64,000 bases of DNA from Eledone cirrhosa (Eukaryota): contig OZ024763.1 of NCBI GenBank assembly GCA_964016885.1, positions 3,534,001 through 3,598,000 of the forward strand, written 5' to 3'. The notes under the pieces are model-generated. The model was not told the origin of the DNA, made no database searches, and saw nothing but the letters and a program-made list of their open reading frames with translations. Of the stretch, positions 12,731-27,613 are shown one piece after another. Each line of letters opens with the position of its first letter. Within the stretch, counting starts at the first letter, position 1. Position numbers and translations under genes: made by a program.

Positions 12731-14957
12731 TCTATCCATCTAAGGCGGGTAAAATTCCCGAGATCCATGGACGAGTTCTCTCCAGCGGTCTCTGTCCCTC
12801 ATCATCGCTGCCATGTCCTGCATCTCCAACAGACCAGTGTCTGTCCTTAGGGCATCAACATACGTTAACCTTGGTCTTTCTCTTCTAGTGTGTCCATGTA
12901 GGGGCTCGCAAAGGAGCACTGAGTGCAATGTCAACTCTGGATGTCGGTGAGCATATCCAGCCAACCTCAGTCTCCTCTGTGTCACTTTTGAGCTGACTTT
13001 TGGGATGCTCCCATACAGTTCTGAGTTTTTCATCCTCAGTGTATACTGATTAATGTTCAGCATTCTCGTGTAGCTCCCATCCACCATCTGAGTGAGTTTC
13101 TTGGTCAGTGTCCAAGTCTCAGACCCATACAGCAATGAAGAGGCGGATTTTCAGGTCTCTACGAAGGTCCGACTTCCACACCGATCTCAAGCTGTGGCAC
13201 GCCGCCCAGGCCTTGCTCTTCCTCTCAACCACATCATCTTCCGTATTCCCAATCTTTGCTCCCAAATACAGGAATTCCTCAACCAATTCCAGCAGCTTCC
13301 CGCCTACATTAGTGATCCCCTCTGGCTTCTCAACATTCTCTACCAGATATTTTGTTTTAGTCTCATTCATTCTCAGCCCCACACTCATCGACAGTCTCAA
13401 CCTCCCGCATCAAATCCTCTGCCTCCTTCACTGTATTTGTCACCAAAACTATGTCGTCGGCAAATTCAGCAACCGATACCTTTTTCGCCCTAACTCTCCT
13501 GCTCTGAGCCGGTGCTACAGTAAAGCCAGAGTCCTGGTGTTTCTCCAGTGCAAGGCGCATACAATAGTCCACTACGATGACAAAAAGGTAGGGAGCCAAT
13601 GTATCTCCCTGGAGCACTCCAGCCAGTATCTCAAAGAACTCTGTCATCCCATCAGGTGTAATGACTTGGGCTTTGGTGTTGGTGTAGAGCAGTGATATCA
13701 GGTCCACTATCTTCTTGGGGATTCCATAAGCCTGTAAGATCTTCATCAGGCAGTAACGGTCCACAGAATCAAAGGCCTTCCTAAAGTCAATGAAAACCAT
13801 GACCGCAGGAAGGCACTTTGCTCTAGCTCCCTCTAATATCCTCCTCAGCATCAGGATGAGACTGGTGGTTGATCTACCCTCTCTGAAGCCGTTCTGGTTG
13901 TCCCTGAGCTTCTTCTCCATCTCAGGCTGGATCCTGTTAAGAATCATCCTGTTGAGGGGCTTTGCCACAAGTGACATCAGTGAGATCCCCCGGTAGTTGT
14001 TGGTGTTAGAGAGATCTCCCTTCTTTGGCACTGGGACGATGTTACTGATCCTCCACTGATTCGGGGCAACTCCTTTCTCCAGTGCCCCGTTACAGAACCC
14101 CAGGATGATATCATCAAAATCACACCTCTGATGCCACTCCATCTTCTCCATGAGCCTTGCCCTCCTTGATCCTCTTCTTGGCTCTCTGAAGCTCCTCTCT
14201 GGTGAAGGGCTCTGTCTCAACATCCAGTTCCTCAAACAGCCGCCTGATCTCCCCAGTGCTCTGGGCTGTGGAGGGTGGTTCTCCTAGTAGAGTCCTAAAA
14301 TGGTCTAGCCATTTCCTCTTCCTATCCTCGGGCCCCGTTCCCTGGATCTGACTCGAACACCTTCTCTTCCTCCCTGTGATCTCGATCATCATCCAGCTCT
14401 GTCAACCGCTCTCTCTCCACACTTCTGATCTTCTCTATCAGTGCCTCCTCTCTGACCTCAGTGTAAGCGGTACAGAGCTCTTCCCTCATCACCTCCACAG
14501 TCTCCATCCTCTCCTCCGTAGGATCAGCATAGAATTGGTCCCTGGCACCTTTCAGGTGTTCTCTGGCTGCACACACTTTTGGGTTTGCAGAGCTGACGTG
14601 CTTCCCTTTGTTCTTCTTCCTCGGCACCAGGGTTTCACTTGCTTCCGCCACTGCATTGGTGAAGTGCCCGTACCTCCTCGTCACACTCTCCTCAGTCCAT
14701 CCAATCTCTCTCTCCTCTGACTCTCCACACAGAGCACTAAACCTGTTTCTCACTTCCACTGTGAACCTCTCCTGTAGCTTATCATCTTCCTTGAAAGCTC
14801 CCCAGTCATAGATTGTTCTCCGGGGCTGAGCCTTGCTCTTTCTTAAGCTCAGGCGGACCTCACTCATAACAAGCCGGTGGTCACTACCCAGTGTACTGAA
14901 ATAGCTGTATGGTTCCGTGTTCAGAACACTATTCCGCCACTTTTTCCTCACCAGATA
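12731..14957 (-). mobile_element. RTE-clade LINE, 5'-truncated, frameshifted RT
   Basis: Motifs NYRGISL, QNGFREGRST, FIDFRKAFDSV, GVLQGDTLAPYLF, EFADD, YGSETW; endonuclease end GSDHRLV; short TAGA-like tail. Confidence 0.9.
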
Positions 14958-15169
14958 TAATATAATATATATTATCTAATATATATATATAATATAATAT
15001 ATATTATCTAATATATATATATAATATAATATATATATATATAATATATATATATAATATAATATATATATATAATATAATATAATATATATAATATAAT
15101 ATATAATATAATATATATATATAATATAATATATATATTATATATAATATATATTATAATTTATATATA

Positions 15170-15508
15170 TGGAGGCACATGGCTTAGTGGTTAGAGCATT
15201 GGCCTTGCAATCGAAAGGTTGTGAGTTCAATTCTCAGACCGGGTGATGTGTTGTTTCCTTGAGCAAGACACTTTATTTCACATTGCTCCAGTTTACTCAG
15301 CTGTAGAAATGAGATGATAGGGACTGGAGTCCCTTTCATTCCACTGCAAAGTGGTCGTGGAGGTGCCACGTCAAAAAAGCACCCAGCACTCACTGTAAAT
15401 GAGGTTGGTGTTAGGAAGGGCATCCAGCTGTAGAAATCAAGCCAGAATCAGTTCCCGTCTCACCCTTGCAAGCAGGGAAAAGCGAACGTAAAATGAAATG
15501 AAATGAAT
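15170..15508 (+). mobile_element. tRNA-derived SINE with RTE-type tail
   Basis: A box TGGCTTAGTGG, B box GTTCAATTC, CCTTGAGCAAGACACTT core; further copies or fragments at 20940-21135, 22070-22312(-), 39127-39245(-), 44815-44925, 55762-56085(-) and 59245-59400(-). Confidence 0.8.
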
Positions 15509-15511
15509 ATA

Positions 15512-16224
15512 CATAAATGAGTAAAATGGCTAAAACACCATCATAAATGACTAAAACGTCATCATAAATGGCTAAAATGTCTAAAACGACATCATAAATT
15601 ACTAAAATGACTCTAAAATGGCTAAAACGGCATCATAAAAGAGTAAAATGGCTAAAACGTCATCATAAATGACTAAAACATCATCGTGAATGACTAAAAT
15701 GGCATCATAAATGACTAAAATGACTCTAAAATGGCTAAAACGTCATCATAAATGACTAAAACATCATCATAAATTACTAAGATGTCATCATGAATGACTT
15801 AAATGGCTAAAACGGCATCATAAATGACTAAAGTGGTTGAAACGTCATCACATACTGACTAAAATGGCTAAAATGTCATCATAAATGACTAAAACGGCAT
15901 CATGAATGAAGAAATTGACACAAAAATGGCTGAAACGGCATCATAAATGACCGAAATTGATAAAACGGCATCATAAATGACTAAAATGACTCTAGAATGG
16001 CTAAAACGGCATCATAAATGACTAAAATGAATCAGAAAAAACTAAAATGGCATCATAAATGACTAAAATGACACTATAATGGCTAAAATGGCATCATAAA
16101 TTACGAAAATGACTCTAAAATGGCTAAAACCACATCATAAATGACTACAATGACTCTAAAATGGCTAACGGCATCATAAATGACGAAAATGACTAAAACG
16201 GCATCATAAATGACTAAAATGACT
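15512..16224. repeat. Degenerate minisatellite (CATCATAAATGACTAAAATGGCTAAAACGG-like)
   Basis: Tandem 9-30 bp subunits. Confidence 0.85.
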
Positions 16225-16226
16225 CC

Positions 16227-17520
16227 CCGGTTGCGGACGATATTTGTTTGCAAGATTACTTTCTAGGAAAAATTAACACAGTATTTTTATTTTTTAAGAT
16301 ATATTTATCAAACTTGGGTCAGTTTGTCTTCATGACTTGTTCTGTTGATCTCACTCGATAAACCCGCCATTGGCTTTGATGACGGCCTCGGAACCGGCTA
16401 CAGGCCTTCGTCACTGACCCCCGACTTAGGCCCCTAAAGGCACTCGTGATCCTGGCCTTCAGATCGTCTTTCGTATTGCAGCTATATCTGTTGGTGTCTC
16501 GTTCCACTGTGCCCCACACAAAGAAGTCGAGGGGGTTGCAGTCAGGCGAGCTGGGAAGCCAGATGTCAGGTGAAGTGTGGTCGACGAAGTTCTCTGACAG
16601 CCAGGCTTGGGTCTTTCGGCTGGTATGGCAGGGCGCTGAGTCTTGCTGCCACACGTACGGCCTACCTGCAGCTACCTGGTCGATCCAGGGCTTTACTACC
16701 TCGCTCAGAACACAGATGTAGCCATTGGTGTTCAGCTTGAGGCCCTCAGGGAAGAAGTGAGGTGGCATGACGTCACCTTGACTGCTGACAACACTTAAGA
16801 CCAATGTTGTCGCTGGAAACTTTGTCTGCATGACTGGGCATATCTTTGGATGAGACAGCGAGCCACCTGTTGTTCTGGGAGTTGATCTTCTGGTCTTGGC
16901 AGAAGTCTTTCTCATCAGAGAAAAACCACAGCATGTCTGGCTCCAGTGGGTGTTTCAACTTGTTGATCAGCTTCTTTGCGTGCTTCAGTCGCATTTCTTG
17001 CATCGCCTTTGACAGAAATTGTCCTTTCCTCATCTTGTATGAAACGTAGCGAATGTATTAATGTACCACCAGCCTAATGAGCTTTTCATCCATGCCTTTC
17101 TCCCTTGCAATGGCACGCATCGACTTGCTAGGTTCATTGTTGATGATGTCCTGAACTTTAGCGACGAACTCGGGCATTCTGAAGGCGTCAGATCGTCAAT
17201 CATGTGTTTTCCTCCCTGATGTTGCTTCGTAGTCGAATCCTGAACCTTCCAATTCCTTTCTGACCTTTTCCACCATTCTGCTGTTGACGCTGAGAAAGTC
17301 TGAAATTTCCTTATTTGTCCTCCCGGTGCGGATTCCAAGAAGAACTCCATGACTCTTCCACAAATTTGGAGGTTCAAAATTATTCATAATCAATTATTCT
17401 GAAAATAAATAATGTAAATATAGTCACTGTTTTAATGAAGACAAGAGTGACAATGGAAGTAAAAATAATTTGCATAAAATTAGCAGTTGAAAATTGCGAA
17501 CAAATATCGTCCACACCCTG
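16227..17520 (-). mobile_element. Tc1/mariner DD37D (maT) transposon, frameshifted transposase
   Basis: TIRs CCGGTTGCGGACGATATTTGTTTGCAA and TTGCGAACAAATATCGTCCACACCCTG-TA; FSDEK, QQDSAPCH and SPDCNPLD with 37 residues between D2 and D3. Confidence 0.9.
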
Positions 17521-17658
17521 TATATATATATTTCCATATAACAAAAAAAACTCCCCGAATTATATTGAAATAATCTTTATTATTTAACAACCTAACAATA
17601 ATAACAACAACACAAGAAACATTTCGATATATTTTTATCTCTGAATATTCTGGGTTTA

Positions 17659-17745
17659 TCATAATCTCTTATGCTTCATTACCTTCTCTCCTTTACTAAT
17701 GGGTTTCTCTGAGGTCTTTCGTCCACTTCTGTTTTTCAAAAGTAT
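17659..17745 (-). CDS. FHAD1: Probable terminal coding exon ILLKNRSGRKTSEKPISKGEKVMKHKRL*
   Basis: ctcttcgcag acceptor in phase 0, TGA at 17661-17659, AATAAA on minus at 17581-17576; an internal AAG|gtaatg donor at 17683 is an alternative. Confidence 0.5.
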   Translation of the reverse strand: MLLKNRSGRKTSEKPISKGEKVMKHKRL

Positions 17746-17974
17746 CTGCGAAGAGAATATGAAAATGTCATCACATATATAATGTCAAGTAAGAATATTT
17801 TCGAAACAGCGAGCGGGTTTGAAATTATTATAAATGTAAGCTATCGCCGTATTTTGACTAAAGAAATTAAAGAAATTATTTGATATCAAGCGTTAACCTA
17901 ATATATTCCTTCCATATACTGTACCGATTGTGTTGTTATTTCTGTTTACCTTTTACATATATATATATATATAT

Positions 17975-18023
17975 GTATATTATAGATATTTCGGATGTAC
18001 AACAGTACGTCCTCATCAGACAA
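17975..18023 (-). ncRNA. Hammerhead-like motif
   Basis: Minus strand CTGATGA-GGACGTAC-tgtt-GTACATCC-GAAA-tat..ata-TA. Confidence 0.5.
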
Positions 18024-18417
18024 AATATAATGATACATGACATACCCTGAGATGTTAAATGGTTAAGATTTAATCAAGGTATATATATATTATTATAATT
18101 ATATATATATATTATTATAAATGTAAGCTATCACAGTATTTTGACTAAAGAAATTAAAGATATTATTTAGCCTGATAGTGGTGTTAAGAACCCTCGGAGA
18201 AATGAAAAAAGATGAGTATTTTTCCATTTCTCCGAGAGTTCTTAACACCACTATCAGGCTAAATAATTTCTTTAATTTCTTTAGTCAAAATACGGTGATA
18301 GCTTACATTTATAATAATATATATATACTACCTTGATTAAATCTACTGTTGTACATCCGAAATATGTATAATAAACTGTAAGTGATCAAAAGAACATTTA
18401 TTTTATTAATACTTATA

Positions 18418-18454
<37 letters not shown>

Positions 18455-18738
18455 AAAAGGTAAACAGAAATAACAACACAATCGGTACAGTATATGGAAG
18501 ATATATATTAGGTTAACGCTTGATATTGCAGGAAGAGGGTCTTAATGTTTTGGATGGGTGGGGTGGAACTGGGGAAAATATTTTGAGAGAAAAATAACAG
18601 GTCCATTCATGTTGACATCTTTTTTATATATATGTATATATACACACATATATATATATATATACACATATATATACATATATACACACATATATATATA
18701 TACACATATATATACATATACACACATAAACATATATA

Positions 18739-18779
<41 letters not shown>

Positions 18780-18893
18780 TATATATATACACATATATAT
18801 ATATACACACATATATATATACACACACACATATATTATACACATATATATATATATACACATATATATACACATATGTATATATATATATAT

Positions 18894-18924
<31 letters not shown>

Positions 18925-19089
18925 CATAAATATATATATATACACATATATACATACATAGATATATATATACATATATATACACATATACATATGTATA
19001 TATATGTACATATGTACATATACATATATATACATATATACATACACATATATATATACATACATATATATAAATATACATATACATAC

Positions 19090-19120
<31 letters not shown>

Positions 19121-19207
19121 CATATATATATATACATATATATATACATACATACATATATATATACATATATATATATACATATATATATACATACATA
19201 CATATAT

Positions 19208-19242
<35 letters not shown>

Positions 19243-19254
19243 CATACATATATC

Positions 19255-19351
<97 letters not shown>

Positions 19352-19360
19352 ATATATATA

Positions 19361-19858
<498 letters not shown>

Positions 19859-19975
19859 CATACATATATATATACATACAATATATATATACATACAATA
19901 TATATATATATATACATACAATATATATATACATACATATATATATTATATATATATACACATACATATATATAT

Positions 19976-20019
<44 letters not shown>

Positions 20020-20114
20020 CATACATATATATATATACATATATATATACATACATACATATTTATATATAAATACATACATACATACATATATATATAC
20101 ATACACATATAGAT

Positions 20115-20157
<43 letters not shown>

Positions 20158-20836
20158 TGTGTGTGTGTGAAGGCGTGTGGCTGAGTGGTTAGAGAAATGG
20201 AATCACTATCATGAGGATGTGAGTTCGATTCCTGGACGAATGTCGATATATATATATATATATATATATTTCCGTCTTTCAGAAATATATGAAACGATCG
20301 TACAGCATATACATACATGTATACATATATATATATGTATATGTATATGCATATATGTATATATATGTATGTATATATGTATATATATGAATGTAAGTAT
20401 ATATAAATAAATATATATAAAAGTATATATATTTGTATATGTATATGAGTATATATATGTGTATATATATATATATATATGTGTGTATATGAATATACAT
20501 ATACGTATATATATATATATGTGTGTATATGTATATGTATATATATATAGATGTATATGTATATGTATATGTATATATATGTATGTATATATGTATGTGT
20601 ATATATATGTATATATGCATATGTACATATGTATATGTATATATGAATATATATATATACATATATATGTATCATCATCATCATCATCATCAACGTTTAA
20701 CGTCCGTGTTCCACGCTTGCATGGGTTTGGACGGGGGTAGTCCCACTTGAGGCAAGAGTGATTGTCTTGCTCGCATAGGACTGTCTGGCAGGTTTTCTAC
20801 AGTTGGATGCCCTTCCTAACACCAACCACATTTACG

Positions 20837-20870
<34 letters not shown>

Positions 20871-20878
20871 TATATATG

Positions 20879-20935
<57 letters not shown>

Positions 20936-22008
20936 ATATGGACTGGAGTCCATAATATTCCACTGCAAGTTGGTCGTGGAGGTGCAACGGCAAAAAAGCA
21001 CCCAGCACTCACTGTAAATGAGGTTGGTGTTAGGAAGGGCATCCAGCTGTAGAAATCAAGCCAGAATCAGTTCCCGTCCCACCCTTGCAAGCAGGGAAAA
21101 GCGGACGTAAAATGAAATGATGATGATGATGATGATATATATATACATATACATATATATACATATATACATATAAAGGTTGTTGGTTTTGTCCGCATAT
21201 ACACATATATATATTTATGTAAATGAATAAGTGTTGATGTGGCAAGTCGTTATAACATTATATATATATATGTATATTTATAGATGTGTATATATATATG
21301 AAAATGTTTAATCCCGACGGCAGAGCTCAAGCTGTTTCAACGGCTGTTTCTGGACTATCCAGAAAAAGCCGTAGAAACGTCTTCAGCTCTGCCGTCGGGG
21401 TTAAACATTTTCATATTACCCACTCTACTACCCTAAGTATTGAGTACTCTGGTGCATTATGGTCCATCTGGTTCCTTACCACACTTCCCTCATTATATAT
21501 ATATATATATATATTTCGTTTCTGAATTTGTTTAGCAAGATTCTTTATCTGAAAACGTGTGTTGAAACCTATATTGTTATACTCTTAAGGGGGGGGGGGG
21601 GGGGGGGGGGTCATGTTGCCAATAAGAAACACACGCACCAGTTGCTTTCACTCCAATTTATTATAAATTAAAGAATTTATAAATTTCCGGTTGGTTGGTT
21701 CAACAACCGGACGGATGTTCATATATTGTGCCTCTCCTTTGTTCTGTCCTACGCCATTTTGTTTTTTCTTTTTTTTCAAGATGGCGTAGGACAGAACAAA
21801 GGAGAGGCACAACAACAAAGAAAAGAATCCCCAGTCAATGAAGAGGTCACAGAATGTGTGACGAAAGAACTTTGACAATAAATGAACAACCGTCCGGTTG
21901 TGGAACCAACCAACAAACCGGAAATTTATAAATTTAATTTATAATAAATTGGAGTGAAAGCAACTGGTGCGTGCGTTTCTTATTGGCAACATGACCCTCC
22001 CAAAGCAT

Positions 22009-22042
<34 letters not shown>

Positions 22043-22310
22043 GTATAAATGAATGTGTATATATATCATCATTTCATTTCATTTTACGTCCGCTTTTCCC
22101 CGCATGCAAGGGTGGGACGGGAACTGATTCTGGCTTGATTTCTACAGCTGGATTCCCTTCCTAACACCAACCTCATTTACAGTGAGTGCTGGGTGCTTTT
22201 TTTTCCGTGGCACCTCCACGACCACTTTGCAGCGGAGTGATAGGGACTAGGGTCCCTATCATCTCATTTCGATTGCAAGGCCAATGCTCTAACCACTAAG
22301 CCATGTGCCT

Positions 22311-22415
<105 letters not shown>

Positions 22416-22425
22416 GTATAAATGA

Positions 22426-22488
<63 letters not shown>

Positions 22489-22813
22489 GTCGCATGGCTT
22501 AGTGGTTAGAGAATTGGGCTTGCAATGGAGAGGTTGTGAGATCAATTCTCGGACCGGGTGAAATGTGTTGCGACGTCACTGGTGCAAAGCTGTATCGGTC
22601 ATTGCCTTTCCCTTGGACAACATTGGTGGTGTAGAGAGGGGCGGCTGGTATGCATGGGCGACTGCTGGTCTTCCACAAAAAAGAAAACCTTGCCCAGGCT
22701 TGTACCTCGAAGGGAAACTTTCTAGGTGCAAAAAAACTATGGTCATTCATGACCGAATGAGGCCAAAGATATGTATATGTATATATATTCATATATATAT
22801 ATATATATATTTG

Positions 22814-24324
22814 TTCTTCCTCTCAACCACATCATCTTCCGTATTCCCAATCTTTGCTCCCAAATACAGGAATCCCTCAACCAATTTTAGCGGCTTCCCG
22901 CCTACATTAGTGATCCCCTCTGGCTTCTCAACATTCTCTACCAGATAGTTTGTTTTAGTCTCATTCATTCTCAGCCCCACACTCATCGACACAGTCTCAA
23001 CCTCCCGCATCAAATCCTCTGCCTCCTTCACTGTATTTGTCACCAAAACACAGTGCTCCTGTGGGAGCCCCTACATGGACACACTAGAAGAGGAAGACCA
23101 AGATCATCTTCCGTATTCCCAATCTTTGCTCCCAAATACAGGAATCCCTCAACCAATTCTAGCGGCTTCCCGCCTACATTAGTGATCCCCTCTGGCTTCT
23201 CAACATTCTCTACCAGATAGTTTGTTTTAGTCTCATTCATTCTCAGCCCCACACTCATCGACACAGTCTCAACCTCCCGCATCAAATCCTCTGCCTCCTT
23301 CACTGTATTTGTCACCAAAACACAGTGCTCCTGTGGGAGCCCCTACATGGACACACTAGAAGAGGAAGACCAAGATCATCTTCCGTATTCCCAATCTTTG
23401 CTCCCAAATACAGGAATCCCTCAACCAATTCTAGCGGCTTCCCGCCTACATTAGTGATCCCCTCTGGCTTCTCAACATTCTCTACCAGATAGTTTGTTTT
23501 AGTCTCATTCATTCTCAGCCCCACACTCATCGACACAGTCTCAACCTCCCGCATCAAATCCTCTGCCTCCTTCACTGTATTTGTCACCAAAACACAGTGC
23601 TCCTGTGGGAGCCCCTACATGGACACACTAGAAGAGGAAGACCAAGATCATCTTCCGTATTCCCAATCTTTGCTCCCAAATACAGGAATCCCTCAACCAA
23701 TTCTAGCGGCTTCCCGCCTACATTAGTGATCCCCTCTGGCTTCTCAACATTCTCTACCAGATAGTTTGTTTTAGTCTCATTCATTCTCAGCCCCACACTC
23801 ATCGACACAGTCTCAACCTCCCGCATCAAATCCTCTGCCTCCTTCACTGTATTTGTCACCAAAACACAGTGCTCCTGTGGGAGCCCCTACATGGACACAC
23901 TAGAAGAGGAAGACCAAGATCATCTTCCGTATTCCCAATCTTTGCTCCCAAATACAGGAATCCCTCAACCAATTCTAGCGGCTTCCCGCCTACATTAGTG
24001 ATCCCCTCTGGCTTCTCAACATTCTCTACCAGATAGTTTGTTTTAGTCTCATTCATTCTCAGCCCCACACTCATCGACACAGTCTCAACCTCCCGCATCA
24101 AATCCTCTGCCTCCTTCACTGTATTTGTCACCAAAACACAGTGCTCCTGTGGGAGCCACTACATGGACATACTAGAAGAGGAAAACCGAGGTTAACGTAT
24201 GTTGATGCCCTAAGGACAGGCACTGGTCTGTTGGAGACGCAGGACATGGCAGCGGTAATGAGGGACAGAGACTGCTGGAGAGAACTCGTCCATGGATCTC
24301 GGGAATTTTACCCGCCTTAGATAG

Positions 24325-24325
<1 letters not shown>
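22814..24325. mobile_element. 5'-inverted copy of the same RTE, with its inversion junction tandemly amplified (272-bp unit, ~5 copies)
   Basis: Unit = antisense RT piece (equivalent to ~13213-13447) joined to a sense 3' piece (equivalent to ~12870-12922); the element ends in sense CCCGCCTTAGATAGATA. Confidence 0.85.
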
Positions 24326-24416
<91 letters not shown>

Positions 24417-24797
24417 GGAGAATAGGATGGCTGTGTTGTTGGTAATTAGGCTTAAAAATGGAATGAGAATAAGAAAAAAGCAAGGGGGTGGGGTGGGGTT
24501 CCTCATTAGTTGTCTACTGGGGGTCTCGAATATTTCAACACTTTAAAGACAATATATCTACCGCCAGAGCGTTCAATAACTGGGTAAGTTATTGGGAAAA
24601 CGGTGGGGGGGGGGGGAGGAAATAGAAGGGGGAAGGAAAAAAGGGAAGAAAAGATATATATATATATACACATAGTTTGGATCTAGCTTCGAAACGCCCG
24701 GAGCTCGGCCGTCGGGGTCCTGAATCTTTTCATATTACCCACTCTGCTACCCCACTCTGGTGGGTTATGGTCCAACTGGTATTTTACCACACACTAT

Positions 24798-24850
<53 letters not shown>

Positions 24851-25002
24851 ATATATATATATATACATATATATATGTATATATACATCATCATCATCAT
24901 CGTATAACATCTATCTTCCACACTAGCATGGGTTAGACGGGAATTGTCCCACTTTAGGCAAGATAAGTTGGGTGACCGTGTCTCACTCGTATAGAACTAT
25001 CT

Positions 25003-25039
<37 letters not shown>

Positions 25040-25044
<5 letters not shown>

Positions 25045-25765
25045 TTAAAAGGTAAACAGAAATAACAATAAAATCGGTACAGTATATGGAAGGGATATAT
25101 TAGGTTAACGCTTGATATAGTGGATGAGAGTCACGTTTCGGACGCTAGTCCATCAGAAGAATGAGAAATAAGATAGATTGAGGGGACGGGCGGGTTAGAA
25201 TTAGAAAAAATGTCTTTAGATAAAAATAACAGGTCCAAAGCAAAATGAATAAATGTAGGAGTTGCAGGACGTTAGAACAAAATTTTACTTCTTACATGAT
25301 GTTTCACCTACGCCACAGACAGTATCTTTGCTTACATATATGTGTAAGTTGTTACAGTAGTGGTGTAGGATCTACAGAGAATATGTAGTTGTTAACACAG
25401 ATTCCATGTTGGTCTAAGCGACCAAACTGGGAGAAAGTACATTCAATGCAGAGGTTAATACAGATAGGAATTCAATTACAGTGGATTTATTACCTTGAAA
25501 TGCATTATAAATATGCAGCAATGGCGACTGTAAAGTGGCTTAATAACTAAGGGAGGTAACTATTCGGTGAACAAGTTCAGAAGTCCCTATGGGAGTTAAT
25601 TACATATGCTAGTTAGAAATATGATTTTGGTAGTGTGGATTTAATGTGGTAAGGAGTGGAAAGTAACTAGGCTCCAGTTATGTTGTTAGTTAAGCAGCAT
25701 TAATTAAGATATTCTGGCTAATCTGTTAGGGCTTATTAACCTCTGCCTTGAATATACTTATATAT
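25040..25765 (-). mobile_element. Decayed Penelope-like element 3' end
   Basis: Minus strand carries a GTAGGTGAAAC (VGET, GIY-YIG-like) remnant, then CTGATGGACTAGCGTCCGAAAC (hammerhead-like) and a tail shared with 17881-17960 and 18450-18527. Confidence 0.4.
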
Positions 25766-25973
25766 ATATACATATATATAATAGGAACCAGTAAGACCCC
25801 GACGGCTGAGCTCAAGCCGTTTCGACGGCTAATTCTGGACTGAATTAGCCGTCGAAACGGCTTGAGCTCAGCCGTCGGGGTCTTACTTGTTCCTATTACC
25901 CACGCTACTACCCCAAGTATTGAGTACTTTGGTGCGTTATGGTCCACCTGGTTCCTTACCACATTTCCTTCGT

Positions 25974-26010
<37 letters not shown>

Positions 26011-26209
26011 ATAAATTATCGAAATTCGCATTTCGGCCCACGAAATAACGAAAAACAACCTCCGAGATGTGAAGCAAGTGCTCAATGGTTCAGATGAACC
26101 AGAGCAGCCGTCGGGGGTCCTACTCGTTCCTATTACCCACTCTACTACCCTAAGTATTGAGTACTTTGGTGCGTTATGGTCAACCTGGTTCCTTACCACA
26201 TTTCCTTCG

Positions 26210-26274
<65 letters not shown>

Positions 26275-26429
26275 GCATTATGAAGAGAGGAGGAACATTA
26301 GATATAATTAGTAATAAGATATATCATACCTCAACTGCTTCTATAGTCCCCGACTACGTAGTTTCGTGGCATATTATGCAAAAATATTGTGTGTATATAT
26401 ATATATACATATATACATACATATTTATG

Positions 26430-26513
<84 letters not shown>

Positions 26514-26927
26514 CATACATACATATTTATGTATATATATATACATATATATATATACATATATATATATACATACATACATATACATACATATTTATGT
26601 ATATATATATATTGTTTTACTTTGGGAGCGTCATGTTGCCAATAAGAAACACACGCACCAGTTGCTTTCACTTCAATTTATTATAATAAATTTATAAATT
26701 TATAAATTTCCGGTTAGTTGGTTGGTTCCACAACCAGATGGTTGTTTATATATTGTCAAAGTTCTTTCGTCACACATTCTGTGACCTCTTCATTGACTGT
26801 TTTGTGCCTCTCCTTTGTTCTGTCCTACGCCTACGCCATCTTGTTTTTGTGTGTGACACACACAAAAACAAGATGGCATAGGACAGAACAAAGGAGAGGC
26901 ACAAAAAAACAAAGAAAAGAATCCCCA

Positions 26928-26970
26928 GTCACTGAAGAGGCGACAGAATGTGTGACGAAAGAACTTTGAC
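26928..26970 (+). ncRNA. Hammerhead-like motif in inverted-repeat element 26620..27160
   Basis: gtca-CTGAAGA-G..ACA gaatg TGTGAC-GAAA-gaactt-tgac; variants at 21834-21876 and 26754-26797(-). Confidence 0.5.
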
Positions 26971-27199
26971 AATATATAAACAACCATCTGGTTGTGGAAC
27001 CAACCAACCGGAAATTTATAAATTTATTATAATAAATTGAAGTGAAAGCAACTGGTGCGTGTGTTTCTTATTGGCAACATGACCCTCCCAAAGTATAACA
27101 ATATCGGTTTCAACACACGTTTTCAGATAAAGAATCTTGCTAAACAAATTCAGAAACGAAATATATATATATATACATATATATATATACATACATATT

Positions 27200-27289
<90 letters not shown>

Positions 27290-27358
27290 CATATATATAT
27301 ACATATATATATACATATATATATACATATATATATATACATATATATATATACATAC

Positions 27359-27437
<79 letters not shown>

Positions 27438-27457
27438 AATATATATACATACATACA

Positions 27458-27495
<38 letters not shown>

Positions 27496-27530
27496 CATAT
27501 ATACATACATATATATACATATATACATAC

Positions 27531-27573
<43 letters not shown>

Positions 27574-27580
27574 TATATAC

Positions 27581-27613
<33 letters not shown>

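Noticed and set aside
13108-13695. Plus-strand ORFs overlapping the RTE
   Set aside because: Antisense shadow frames of the reverse transcriptase
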